Below, in pieces: positions 43,473 to 52,889 of a stretch of DNA of 64,000 nucleotides. The position numbers and the translations under genes are program-made. The notes under the pieces were generated by a model. That model ran no database searches, had not been told where the DNA came from, and worked only from the letters and a program-made list of their open reading frames with translations. Position 1 is the stretch's first letter, and each line of letters starts with the position of its first letter. Origin of the DNA: Polyangiaceae bacterium (GTDB taxonomy: Bacteria; Myxococcota_A; Polyangia; Polyangiales; Polyangiaceae); the NCBI GenBank assembly GCA_044376115.1, contig JBILLK010000012.1, positions 1-64,000 of the forward strand. Direction: 5' to 3'.

Positions 43473-46034
43473 ATGCGAAGAACCCGAGCTCTCCAAACTG
43501 CGTTCTCACTTACCTTGCTGACCGTCTCCTTCTCGCTCAGCTCAAGCTGCCGTCAGGTACTCGACCTGCCAGAGTCGGTCGAGTGTGGAGCGGATGATGC
43601 CTGCACCACCGCCGACAAGCCCTGCATCGTCGGGGAGTGTATTGACGGGTTATGCGCCTATTCGTTCAAGGCGGAAGGGACTGTCATTGACACCGCGGAA
43701 GAGGACGATTGCACCCGCAACGTTTGCGACGGCCAAGGCGAGGTCATTGCGGCGGTCGACGCCTCCGATGCACCAGCGGATGAAACGCTAGGCGACTGCA
43801 AAGCGCCCAGTTGCGACGCCGACGGCAACGTGACCGTGAGTCCAGCCGACGACGCGCCAAACGATGAAACCAGCGGAGACTGCTTGGCTCCGACCTGCGA
43901 GAACGGCACCGTCGTGGACGGTCCGGCGGAGGATGCGCCCGATGACACAGTCATTGGCGATTGCAGCGCGCCCGGGTGTGCTGAGGGCGAGGTCGTTTCG
44001 ATCGCAGACGACGGAGATGTGCCGAATCAGGAAGATCCGCCGGGGGATTGTGTTTCGCCCACCTGTGCCAACGGGGAGCTCGTCGACGCTCCCAACGAGC
44101 TGGACGTCCCCTTGGATACCGAACCGGGGAACTGCTTTAGCCCTGCCTGTGACAGTGGAATCGTTATTGAGGTTGAGAATCCTCGCGACACGCCGGAGGT
44201 AGATATTCAAGGAGACTGTCTTGCCCCGACCTGCGCGGTTGGTGGCACTCTCGCTCCAGACGATACGGATCTACCGACCTCCGGCTGCGGAAGCTGTTCG
44301 GGAGGCGTGGTGGTGCCGTGGGTCGAGGATGGCGATGCTTGTTACTCCGGGCCTCCCGGCACGGAGAACGTCGGGATCTGCAACGGCGGGAACTTTGGGT
44401 GCGTCAACAACGTCAAGGTTTGTGCGGGTGAGCAGTTGCCCGAGCAGGAGGCATGCGGACCTGGAGCCTCGACCATCAACGAAGATTGCGATTCACAGAC
44501 TGACGAAGAGGGTCCCGGCTGCGCCTGCATGATCGGCCAGACCCAATCCTGCTACTCAGGCCCTGGGGGCACGGTCAACGTTGGAATCTGCAGCGATGGC
44601 ACCTCCACCTGTGTGGCAACTGGGAACGGTAACCAGTTTGGGGCGTGTATGGGCGAGGTTCTACCGCTGAGCTGCGACTCCTGCGTCGTGCAGGGAGACG
44701 GCGACTGTAGCGGCACTTCAGCCAACTGCACCGGCGACCATGTTTGGAGTAAAGGCGTTGGCGGTAGCTCCGCCGACCTCATGGCCGACATCCTGCAGTT
44801 GCCCAACGGCGAGCTCGTTGCGGTGGGCAACTTCTCTGGCACGTTGACCTATGCCAACAGCATCACCAGCGATGGTGGAAGCGACGCACTCGTCCTGCGG
44901 CTCGACGCGGACGGTAACGCAATCAATGCAAAGGACTTTGGTGGCACCGGAAGCGATGAAGCGAAGCAGCTTATCGCGATGGATGATGGCTACCTCGTAA
45001 TGGGAAGCCTAGGAGACGGCTCACTCGAGAACTTTGGCTCTGGCGCAACGCTCACAGGCGTTGGCGGAGACGGCTTTGTCGCTAAGTTCAACAATAGCCA
45101 CGTGCTGCAATGGAAGAAGCTCGTGGGCGGAACCAGCGCCGACTCAATCCAAGCCATCGTCAAGATGCCTGATAACGGCTTTGCAATCGCTGGGCAATTC
45201 CAGGGGACAATCAATCTCGGTGGATCCAATCTCGTTAGCCTCGGCTTCGACGACATCTTCCTGGCGCGGTTCGACGCGGCAGGGGCGCACGTTTGGAGCC
45301 AACGCTTTGGCACGAATATGCAGAACAACGTCTCCGACCTCGACGTAGCGCCGAACGGCGACTTGATCATGGTTGGAGATCTAGGGACCAGCATGGCGTT
45401 CGGCGGCGGACCGACGATCAATGTGTCCGGAGGAACGGACGGCTACGTTGTTCGGTTCAACCAGTCCGGAACGCACGTGTGGACACGTGCAATTCAGTCA
45501 ACCTCGAGCGAATCTGCCTCCGAGGTCGCCGCGCTCTCCGATGGAAGTGTCTGGGTGGCTGGCCGCTTCGATCAGGCGATTAACGTGAATAGCGTTGCGG
45601 GCTCGGAGCTGTCGCCGACGTCCACGGGGTATGACCTGTTCCTGGTCAAGTACAACGCCACTGGCGACTATGTTACCGCCAAAGGATTCAACGGAACGGA
45701 CGACCTCATCATCAATGACGTAGAAGCCGGTGCTGACGATTCGGTCGTAATCTCGGGCCGGTACTCGGGGACTCTATTCTTCACCCAAATCGCGGCGCCT
45801 GCAGCCGGCCTCTATGACGCCTTCCTGTTCAAGGTTCGGCCGGACAATGGAACGGTTCAATGGAGTAAAAAATTCGGGGGGAGCTTGAACAACGACGTAT
45901 TCCAAGGACTCCACGTAACCGATTGTGGAGACGTATTTGCCAGCGGCTACTTTGGTGGAAGTGTGGCGTTCGGAGGGGGCGCACTACCAAATCAGGGCAG
46001 CATTGACGGAGTGCTGGCGAAGTACCGTCAGTAG
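43473..46034 (+). CDS. Large lipoprotein: Cys/Asp-rich repeats plus C-terminal beta-propeller
   Basis: ATG 43473 with GAGGA RBS; SSSC lipobox-like; seven (G/D)(D/N)CxxxxC repeats; two CYSGPxGTxNVGIC repeats; WSKGVGG/WKKLVGG/WSQRFG/WSKKFGG blades. Confidence 0.88.
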   Translation: MRRTRALQTAFSLTLLTVSFSLSSSCRQVLDLPESVECGADDACTTADKPCIVGECIDGLCAYSFKAEGTVIDTAEEDDCTRNVCDGQGEVIAAVDASDAPADETLGDCKAPSCDADGNVTVSPADDAPNDETSGDCLAPTCENGTVVDGPAEDAPDDTVIGDCSAPGCAEGEVVSIADDGDVPNQEDPPGDCVSPTCANGELVDAPNELDVPLDTEPGNCFSPACDSGIVIEVENPRDTPEVDIQGDCLAPTCAVGGTLAPDDTDLPTSGCGSCSGGVVVPWVEDGDACYSGPPGTENVGICNGGNFGCVNNVKVCAGEQLPEQEACGPGASTINEDCDSQTDEEGPGCACMIGQTQSCYSGPGGTVNVGICSDGTSTCVATGNGNQFGACMGEVLPLSCDSCVVQGDGDCSGTSANCTGDHVWSKGVGGSSADLMADILQLPNGELVAVGNFSGTLTYANSITSDGGSDALVLRLDADGNAINAKDFGGTGSDEAKQLIAMDDGYLVMGSLGDGSLENFGSGATLTGVGGDGFVAKFNNSHVLQWKKLVGGTSADSIQAIVKMPDNGFAIAGQFQGTINLGGSNLVSLGFDDIFLARFDAAGAHVWSQRFGTNMQNNVSDLDVAPNGDLIMVGDLGTSMAFGGGPTINVSGGTDGYVVRFNQSGTHVWTRAIQSTSSESASEVAALSDGSVWVAGRFDQAINVNSVAGSELSPTSTGYDLFLVKYNATGDYVTAKGFNGTDDLIINDVEAGADDSVVISGRYSGTLFFTQIAAPAAGLYDAFLFKVRPDNGTVQWSKKFGGSLNNDVFQGLHVTDCGDVFASGYFGGSVAFGGGALPNQGSIDGVLAKYRQ

Positions 46035-46086
46035 AAAGGATCCTTGTTGCGGCGGCCTTCGCTTGCGCAGCTCGGGCCGCTTTCGA

Positions 46087-46120
46087 GAAGGGTCGCCGCT
46101 CTCGGCGGCCCTTTCGTTTT
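46087..46120. terminator. Probable intrinsic terminator between convergent genes
   Basis: GAAGGGTCGCCG-CTCT-CGGCGGCCCTTT followed by CGTTTT. Confidence 0.7.
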
Positions 46121-46670
46121 ACAGCCCGTCGCAGGGGTTCGCGCAGCAACCGTCATCGGGGTGGGTTGCACAGTAGTCCCATACCTCAGTAGGGCCGACG
46201 GTGCGCTCAACCGCCGCCTCGTGAAGCACGGCCCCGCTCGAGGAGCTTAACTTCACGTTGATGGTGAGGGCGGTACCCTCCTCGAGTTTGATCGAGTTCT
46301 CATCCCACGGGTCGCCAGGCATCGGCAGCTGAATTCCTGCGACCATACCGGCATCGAGGTCGATGACCTGTTCGATCCTGCTGCCAACGGGGCCGTTAGC
46401 ATCCGCGGCCTCAGCCTCCAACGTAACGCTCGGACCGCAGTCCGAGCAAACGAACGCGAGCCAGAGATGGTATCCGCCTTGTGGCCCCTCCATCATTGGC
46501 TGAATGCCGTCCGCCGCGACCCTCTCAAAACAGACTTCTCCCGTCCCAACTTCAAAGGTCTCTGCAGCAGGAGGCGCTTCACACTCAACCGCACTCTCAT
46601 CACAAGCGGCGAGAGCAACGGACACCAGGAGACCAACAAGCCGGGTAGTCAAAGAGATTAGAGTTCTCAT
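46119..46670 (-). CDS. Hypothetical lipoprotein
   Basis: ATG 46670, LAAC lipobox, GPQGGYHLW motif. Confidence 0.75.
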   Translation of the reverse strand: MRTLISLTTRLVGLLVSVALAACDESAVECEAPPAAETFEVGTGEVCFERVAADGIQPMMEGPQGGYHLWLAFVCSDCGPSVTLEAEAADANGPVGSRIEQVIDLDAGMVAGIQLPMPGDPWDENSIKLEEGTALTINVKLSSSSGAVLHEAAVERTVGPTEVWDYCATHPDDGCCANPCDGL

Positions 46671-46780
46671 ATCAAGCGTTGGCAAAGCATCCTCCGTGCC
46701 AAGGCATTAGGCCCAACGATGCTGGGTTATCCAACTATGTTGAGCCCCATTGTGCCAGCGGATGCAGCAGAGAGACTGCG

Positions 46781-47854
46781 TTACTTCTTGCCTTTGCCTG
46801 GCTTGACGAAGCGAATGGTCATTCGATCGCTCTCACCGATTGCGAGGAACTTCTCCTTGTCCTTGTCCCCACCAAGCAGCGTCGGTGGTAGCGCCCAAAC
46901 CCCATCCGCGTAGTCTTTGGTGTCCTTTGGATTGGCGTTCATCTCGCTGCTTGCGTCCTTCTTGAAGCCTGCAGCCACGGCGCGCTCGATCACAAACGCC
47001 TCGGGCAGATAGCCTTTTTCGGCGCTCAGTTTGGGGTCTGCGTCGGGCTTTGCTCGATGGGCCTCCACCGCAAAGACGCCCCCGGGCTTGAGCACTTTGA
47101 AGACCTCAGCAAGGTTTTTATCCAGCTGACCACGACGCTGCCAGTTGTGGAGGTTGCGGAAGCTGAGCACCACGTCGAAGCTATTCTCGAGCTCTGGGGT
47201 GAAGCTGAGGCCAGTGCTTGGCGCGACGACGTAGCCAACCTTGGCTCCGAGTTCAGGTGCCTTGTCGAGGAGGCCCCAAAGCCTCTGCCCATACAACGTT
47301 GCTCGCTCAGTTCTTGGGCCCTTGGGATCTGGCCCAGTTACCACCAGCTTGCCCTTCTTGCTGAGGGTCGGAGCTAGCAGCTCGGTGTACCAGCCCGCAC
47401 CTGCGTCGAGCTCGAGCACGTGCGACGTGGTCTTTACGCGGAAGAAGTCGAGCATCTCTGCTGGGTGACGCTGTTGATCGCGCGCCGCCGAGCCGGGAGC
47501 CCGATGAGGGCTCTTGATTGCAGCATCCAGCGCCGCACGAAGCGTAGGGAAGTCTTTGGCGGAGAGCGTCGCGAGTTCCTTGCGGACCGCGTCGGTCATT
47601 CGTGCTTTCTCAGCCGCTTGCTCGGCGTCCAACTTGGCGAAGTCGGCTACCAGTTTCTGTGCCTCCTCAGCCTTCTTCTTGTCCTCGGGCGAGACAGCCT
47701 TCGGGTCGCTACCCTCCCCGCTCATCAACGCCAAAAGATCGGAATCGGGTTCTTGGGGCGGCCCAATCGGCACACCCGGCGCCGCTTTCGGAATCGACGA
47801 ATCAGCGCACGCAGCCGTGAGCATCAGACCTGCGAAGAAGGAACGGATTCTCAT
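46781..47854 (-). CDS. Class I SAM-dependent methyltransferase-like lipoprotein
   Basis: TAAC lipobox-like; RDQQRHP, VLELDAGAGWYT, FRNLHNW, LKPGGVF, IGESDRMTIRFVKP. Confidence 0.88.
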   Translation of the reverse strand: MRIRSFFAGLMLTAACADSSIPKAAPGVPIGPPQEPDSDLLALMSGEGSDPKAVSPEDKKKAEEAQKLVADFAKLDAEQAAEKARMTDAVRKELATLSAKDFPTLRAALDAAIKSPHRAPGSAARDQQRHPAEMLDFFRVKTTSHVLELDAGAGWYTELLAPTLSKKGKLVVTGPDPKGPRTERATLYGQRLWGLLDKAPELGAKVGYVVAPSTGLSFTPELENSFDVVLSFRNLHNWQRRGQLDKNLAEVFKVLKPGGVFAVEAHRAKPDADPKLSAEKGYLPEAFVIERAVAAGFKKDASSEMNANPKDTKDYADGVWALPPTLLGGDKDKEKFLAIGESDRMTIRFVKPGKGKK

Positions 47855-47952
47855 GCGCGGACACTACAACAGTCGCGGCCTCCGCCCAACGACTCGTGCC
47901 AAGTCGAAGGTCCACGGCGGCTGTCGAGGTCGGTGTCGAAGCACGGTACGCG

Positions 47953-48753
47953 TCAGCGCTTCAATAAGAAGCACATCGGGTCTTTTGGATCGCAAGGAGG
48001 CTCTTCAACCGCTTTGACGGTTGGAATCCCTCGGCGACCACCCACCGGTGGCACAGGCTCTGCGACTTTGGAGGACGCCCGAGCAGCCTCTTTGGCCTCG
48101 CGTTCGGCGCGCTTACGCTTGTTCTTCTCTGCGAGCAACGCCTCGTTGAGTTGGTCGGCGGAAGACTGGGAAGTCGCGAGGGACCTGCGCATTTCCTCGG
48201 CTCGGGCGCGCGCTTCGTCGTTGGCTCGTTCAAGCTCACTTCGCTCGCGGGCTTGCTCTGGAGCAATCACCCCAACGTATGCGAACGCGCCGCCAACAAG
48301 AGCGACCGTTGTCACGACCCCAACCGCGATAAGCGCTCGCTTGAGCCGCCTCTTCTCTTGCGTTGCGTCGAGCTCCAACAGCTCTCGACGACGAGTGTGT
48401 TCGGCCTCAGCTTCTCGCAGGCGTAGTTCTTCGGCTGCAACCATGCGTGCTTTCAACAGCTCGGCTTCACGAATGGCATCGAGCCTGGCTTGCTCTTCAC
48501 GACGTAGCGCCTCTTCTGCAACGCGAGCCTGCGCCACCGCTCGCCTTCGGCCCTCTTCGTCTCGAGCGAGGCGTAGTTCGGCCTCAAGTTTTGCAGCTGC
48601 TCGAGCATGCTGGGCTTGCAACGCGCGCTCTTGCTCTTCCTGAATACGCGAGTGCTCGAGCTCCATGAGTTGCCGCAGCGAAAAGAGAACGGAGCTCTCC
48701 TGGGTCGTAGGTTGGGGCGAGTTGGGATCGGACGGCGAGCGTGAGTTGGCCAT
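47953..48753 (-). CDS. Coiled-coil single-pass membrane protein
   Basis: ESSVLFSL, long E/R/A coiled coil, one TM span, second coil, C-terminal CDPKDPMC. Start 48753 or 48795. Confidence 0.78.
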   Translation of the reverse strand: MANSRSPSDPNSPQPTTQESSVLFSLRQLMELEHSRIQEEQERALQAQHARAAAKLEAELRLARDEEGRRRAVAQARVAEEALRREEQARLDAIREAELLKARMVAAEELRLREAEAEHTRRRELLELDATQEKRRLKRALIAVGVVTTVALVGGAFAYVGVIAPEQARERSELERANDEARARAEEMRRSLATSQSSADQLNEALLAEKNKRKRAEREAKEAARASSKVAEPVPPVGGRRGIPTVKAVEEPPCDPKDPMCFLLKR

Positions 48754-48889
48754 GGGAGTCTGACGACCAAGGTTGGCCCCGCCTTGGGTGCTCACGGTGG
48801 ATTTTTATGCTGATGGGGGAATCGCGGTGGACCGGGCCAGGAGCAGCCGGTGGTTGGGCCCGGCTTCATCGTCGACTAACCTCCTGCCG

Positions 48890-49789
48890 ATGGCACGACC
48901 GATCGGATTCATTGGGCTTGGTTTGATGGGCAAGCCGATGGCACTCAACCTCGTGCGGGCGGGCTTTTCACTACGCGTCTTGAGCCGCAGCCCAGAACCG
49001 GTGGCGGAGCTGGTTGCAGCGGGCGCGCAGGCCGCGGCCCTGCCGAGCGACCTCGCAAGTCAGTGCGACGTGATCATCACGATGTTGCCAGATGGCCCTG
49101 ACGTCCAGGCAGTCTTGTCCGGGCCCAACGGGCTGCTCGAGCGCCTGCTTCCCAACAGCGTTCTCATCGACATGAGCAGCATCTCGCCCGAGACCGCAAA
49201 GATGTTGGCTGCGGAGGTCAGACAACGGGGTAGCTGGATGTTGGACGCCCCCGTGAGCGGCGGGGAGATCGGAGCAAAGAGCGGCACCCTTTCGATCATG
49301 GTCGGTGGGGACAGTGAAGCGCTTGCGCGGGTGCGACCGATCCTCGAGAAGCTTGGTAGCCCGGAACGGCTGGTTCACGTGGGTGAATCAGGGGCGGGCC
49401 AACTATGCAAGGTATGCAACCAACTGGTGATCGGGGGAGCGCTCGCAGCCGTGAGTGAGGCGTTCGCCCTCGCCCGAAAGTCCGGCGTGGATGGTGCGAA
49501 GGTCCGACAAGCTTTGATGGGTGGCTTCGCCGCCAGCAGGGTGCTCGAGGTCCACGGCGAGCGCATTCTGCAGAACAACTTCGTGCCCGGCTTTCGCGCC
49601 GAGATGTTCCACAAAGACCTTCGTATTGGGATGGAGACGGCTCGTGCCCACGGCGTGCCGATGCCCGTATCGTCTGCGGTGGCGCAGCTCGTGACGGCGC
49701 TCTGTGCAAAAGGAAACGGCCGCGAGGACTATTCTGCCCTAGCGACCGTTCTCTTTGACTTGGCCGGTCTCGATCGACCGAGCGCGTAG
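48890..49789 (+). CDS. garR: 2-hydroxy-3-oxopropionate reductase / beta-hydroxyacid dehydrogenase
   Basis: IGFIGLGLMGKPMA, LDAPVSGG, GTLSIMVGG, KVCNQ, GFAASRVLEVHGER. Confidence 0.88.
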   Translation: MARPIGFIGLGLMGKPMALNLVRAGFSLRVLSRSPEPVAELVAAGAQAAALPSDLASQCDVIITMLPDGPDVQAVLSGPNGLLERLLPNSVLIDMSSISPETAKMLAAEVRQRGSWMLDAPVSGGEIGAKSGTLSIMVGGDSEALARVRPILEKLGSPERLVHVGESGAGQLCKVCNQLVIGGALAAVSEAFALARKSGVDGAKVRQALMGGFAASRVLEVHGERILQNNFVPGFRAEMFHKDLRIGMETARAHGVPMPVSSAVAQLVTALCAKGNGREDYSALATVLFDLAGLDRPSA

Positions 49790-50617
49790 CTACTTGTCCT
49801 TGAGCTTCTTGCGCTCTTTCATGCCTGGGAGGATGGCCAGCTCCGCGCTCGGCTCCAAGTACTCAATCGTTTCAAGGGACATGATGCCGTACTTCGGATC
49901 GGCTGCAGTTCCCGACGAAGCGCCTTTGTACGTCTGCCCGTAGGTGCCAGTGATCTTTACGCGCGCGCCTTTGGCGGGCAGCGGGTTCGGTAGGAGTTTG
50001 CCGAACGAGTCAGAGAACTTCACTTCCTTCTGCTTCTCGAGCGTGGTGGCCTTATCCATCTCTTCGATCGCGTCGTAGATGCCTGCGAAGTTGGAGGCCC
50101 AACCCATGACCGCGACCATCTCGTTCTTGGTGTCGTCCTTTGTGTCGGCGATCCAGAAGGTGGGAACGGGCGCCTTGCAGTCGGTCGGGTCCTCTTTGCC
50201 ACCTTTATGAACTGCGCAGGCCGGAGCGCATTTCTCCTCGATGGCCTTGGTGTCGTCGGCACATTTCTCCATGTTGGTCTTCACGATGTAACCAACCAGA
50301 GTGATCTTCTGGCCGTTCACCTCGTCACGGTGGACCTTGCTGTGAAGATCGTGGACGACGCCGAAGATGGTGTAGGCGTCACCGTCTTTCTTCTTCTTGT
50401 CGGGAAGACGGGGAGGAGCCGGCAGCTCGGCCGCTCGACCACTGGGAGCGCCCTTTTTCTGGTAGACCGGCGCCTCTGGACCGCACCCGAACGCACCCAC
50501 GGCGGCGAACGAGGTCGCCAAAACCAGGCACAAAGTGCGGCTATTTGACCAAGATGAAGTTCTTACCTCGGGAACAATGGCTGAAGCGAGGTCGCGGGAG
50601 GGGGCACGCTGATTCAT
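49790..50617 (-). CDS. Hypothetical lipoprotein
   Basis: ATG 50617, AFGC lipobox; Lys-rich body. Confidence 0.72.
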   Translation of the reverse strand: MNQRAPSRDLASAIVPEVRTSSWSNSRTLCLVLATSFAAVGAFGCGPEAPVYQKKGAPSGRAAELPAPPRLPDKKKKDGDAYTIFGVVHDLHSKVHRDEVNGQKITLVGYIVKTNMEKCADDTKAIEEKCAPACAVHKGGKEDPTDCKAPVPTFWIADTKDDTKNEMVAVMGWASNFAGIYDAIEEMDKATTLEKQKEVKFSDSFGKLLPNPLPAKGARVKITGTYGQTYKGASSGTAADPKYGIMSLETIEYLEPSAELAILPGMKERKKLKDK

Positions 50618-50747
50618 TCGGTCCTCGGGTGGGCGGGTTCGGAAGGCCCCGAGCTTGCTACCAGGGGGAGCGCTTTTCGTAAAGGTCCCGAGTGTCGACT
50701 GCAAAAAACCAGCGTGCTTTTGGCTGAGGTACCGTACCCTCACGCCC

Positions 50748-52046
50748 ATGCGTGAGACCCTCTTACACGCCCCGTTCGAAGTCCACCGCATCCTCACGAT
50801 GATCCTCGCCGGTGGCGAGGGGCGTCGGCTCGGCCCTTTGACGGCCGAACGAGCGAAGCCTGCGGTACCGTTCGGTGGCCGATACCGCATCATCGATATC
50901 GTCCTCTCCAACATGGTCAATTCGGGATTGACCCGGATCAAGGTCATCACTCAGTACAAGAGTGCTTCCCTCGAGGAGCACATCGCTCGGGCTTGGCGAC
51001 TTTCGCCCATGCTCGACAGCTACATCGAGACGCTTCCTGCGCAGCAGCGCACGGGGCTTTCGTGGTTCAAGGGCTCCGCCGACGCGGTCTACCAGACGCT
51101 TCACGTCATCGAGGACGAGAATCCCGAGCACGTGACCATCTTCGGGGGGGACCACGTCTACAAGATGGATGTCCGGCAAATGTTGCTGGACCATCTCAAC
51201 AAGTCCGCTGATCTCACAGTCGCGGCGATTCCCGTGCGCAAGGACGAGGCTCGCTCCTTCGGGGTGATCGAAATCGATGCCGAGGGTCGCATTCTCGCCT
51301 TCCACGAGAAGGTGCAAGACCCGCCGGAAATGCCGGGCCGTCCTGGGTGGTGCCTTGCCTCGATGGGCAACTACATCTTCAAGACCGGACCGCTCACGGC
51401 CGCGCTTCACGCTGACGCGAAAGACGACGCCAGCGCTCACGATTTTGGCCGCGACATCGTGCCGCGTATGGTCGCCGAGAAGCACAACTGCTTCGTCTAC
51501 GACTTCATGACCAACCGCGTACCCGGGGAAGATCCCGAGGGGGCCACCGCGGCCTACTGGCGAGACATTGGTACCGTCGACGCCTACTTCGAGGCCCAGA
51601 TGGACCTCGTGAGCGTCAAACCGGCGTTCAATCTTTACAACCCACGCTGGCCGATGCGCACGGGCACCAACCACGACCCGCCGGCCAAGTTCGTCTTTCG
51701 CGACGAGGCGAATGCGCGCGTCGGTGTCGCGACCGAGAGCCTGGTCTCGTCGGGCTGCATCATCTCGGGCGGCCGCATCAACCGCTCGGTGCTCTCCAAT
51801 CGCTGCCGTATCAACTCGTTCAGTTCCGTTGACGAGTGCGTGCTGTTCGAGAACGTCGTGATTGGGCGCCATGCACGCATTCGTCGAGCGATCATCGACA
51901 AAGACGTGGAGATCCCTCCGAACACGGAGATTGGCTACGACCTCGCAGCGGACCGCAAGCGCTGGAGCGTGAGTGAAGGCGGTATCGTCGTGATCCCGAA
52001 GCGAGCCAAACTCGCCGATGGGGGAAGCATTCCGCCATCGCCGTGA
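50748..52046 (+). CDS. glgC: Glucose-1-phosphate adenylyltransferase
   Basis: ILAGGEGRRLGPLT..RAKPAVPFGGRYRIID, WFKGSADAVYQ, GDHVYKMD, ASMGNYIF, DFGRDI, YWRDIGT. Confidence 0.98.
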   Translation: MRETLLHAPFEVHRILTMILAGGEGRRLGPLTAERAKPAVPFGGRYRIIDIVLSNMVNSGLTRIKVITQYKSASLEEHIARAWRLSPMLDSYIETLPAQQRTGLSWFKGSADAVYQTLHVIEDENPEHVTIFGGDHVYKMDVRQMLLDHLNKSADLTVAAIPVRKDEARSFGVIEIDAEGRILAFHEKVQDPPEMPGRPGWCLASMGNYIFKTGPLTAALHADAKDDASAHDFGRDIVPRMVAEKHNCFVYDFMTNRVPGEDPEGATAAYWRDIGTVDAYFEAQMDLVSVKPAFNLYNPRWPMRTGTNHDPPAKFVFRDEANARVGVATESLVSSGCIISGGRINRSVLSNRCRINSFSSVDECVLFENVVIGRHARIRRAIIDKDVEIPPNTEIGYDLAADRKRWSVSEGGIVVIPKRAKLADGGSIPPSP

Positions 52047-52060
52047 TACGAGGGTAAGCC

Positions 52061-52753
52061 TTGAGTCGAACTGTCATTATCGGCGACGTTCACGGTTGCG
52101 TTCGCGAGCTTGAAGACCTGCTTCGGTACATCGGAGCCAAGCGAAGTGATCGCATCGTATTCGTTGGGGATCTCGTGGTGCGTGGGCCCCACCCTCACGA
52201 AGTCGTCGCCTTGGCACGGTCGTTCTCAGCCGTTTCTGTGCGCGGTAATCACGAAGACCGGCTGCTGCGCTGGAAGGAGTCCGGCGGAACGATGCAGATC
52301 GGCGGGCTCACCCGGGAGGCAGCCAAGAGGCTTTCATCCTCTGATTGGGAATACCTGAAGGCGATGCCGCTATGGCACGACCTGCCCGAACACAACATCC
52401 GGGTCGTGCACGCTGGGCTCGTACCCAACCTGCCGATGGCCGAACAAGACCCACGAAACCTCCTGTTCATGCGGAGCTTCGACGAGGAGGGAAAGCCGGT
52501 GATGGTGCGCGGCTTTCGCAGTTGGGCCCAGGACTACCAAGGGCCGGAGCACGTGGTGTTTGGCCACAACGCCAAGGACGACCCCGAGATCGCCGAGTTC
52601 GCCACGGGCATAGACACGGGGGCTGTCTACGGTGGCCGCCTGACCGCGATGGTCCTCAATCAAGGAGAAAAGCCGCCTCCCGCCGATGAGCGTGTACGCA
52701 CGTTGATCAGCGTTCCTGCACGTCGCGCCTACTATCAGAAGGAAGTTCGCTGA
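52061..52753 (+). CDS. Metallophosphoesterase (ApaH/PrpE-like)
   Basis: IGDVHGC, VGDLVVRGP, RGNHE, VHAG, FGH, IDTGAVYGGRLTA. Confidence 0.93.
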   Translation: MSRTVIIGDVHGCVRELEDLLRYIGAKRSDRIVFVGDLVVRGPHPHEVVALARSFSAVSVRGNHEDRLLRWKESGGTMQIGGLTREAAKRLSSSDWEYLKAMPLWHDLPEHNIRVVHAGLVPNLPMAEQDPRNLLFMRSFDEEGKPVMVRGFRSWAQDYQGPEHVVFGHNAKDDPEIAEFATGIDTGAVYGGRLTAMVLNQGEKPPPADERVRTLISVPARRAYYQKEVR

Positions 52754-52764
52754 CTGAACGTTTG

Positions 52765-52797
52765 AGGCTGGCGACGTTGGCCTGCACATTTTTTTTT
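52765..52797 (+). terminator. Possible terminator: weak hairpin and T9 tract after the glgC-phosphoesterase pair
   Basis: AGGCTGGCGACGTTGGCCT, then GCACA and nine T at 52789-52797. Confidence 0.4.
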
Positions 52798-52889
52798 CTG
52801 CCTTTGCGTACAAACTGCGACTGACGCAGATGCATCGGCTAGAGTGAAGCGTCCCGTACGTTGCTTCCGAACGGGCCTGAGGAACCTCC

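Noticed and set aside
52789..52797. T9 tract as a phase-variation switch
   Set aside because: Intergenic, follows a weak hairpin after a stop codon, and no promoter boxes clearly flank it; a terminator is the simpler reading.
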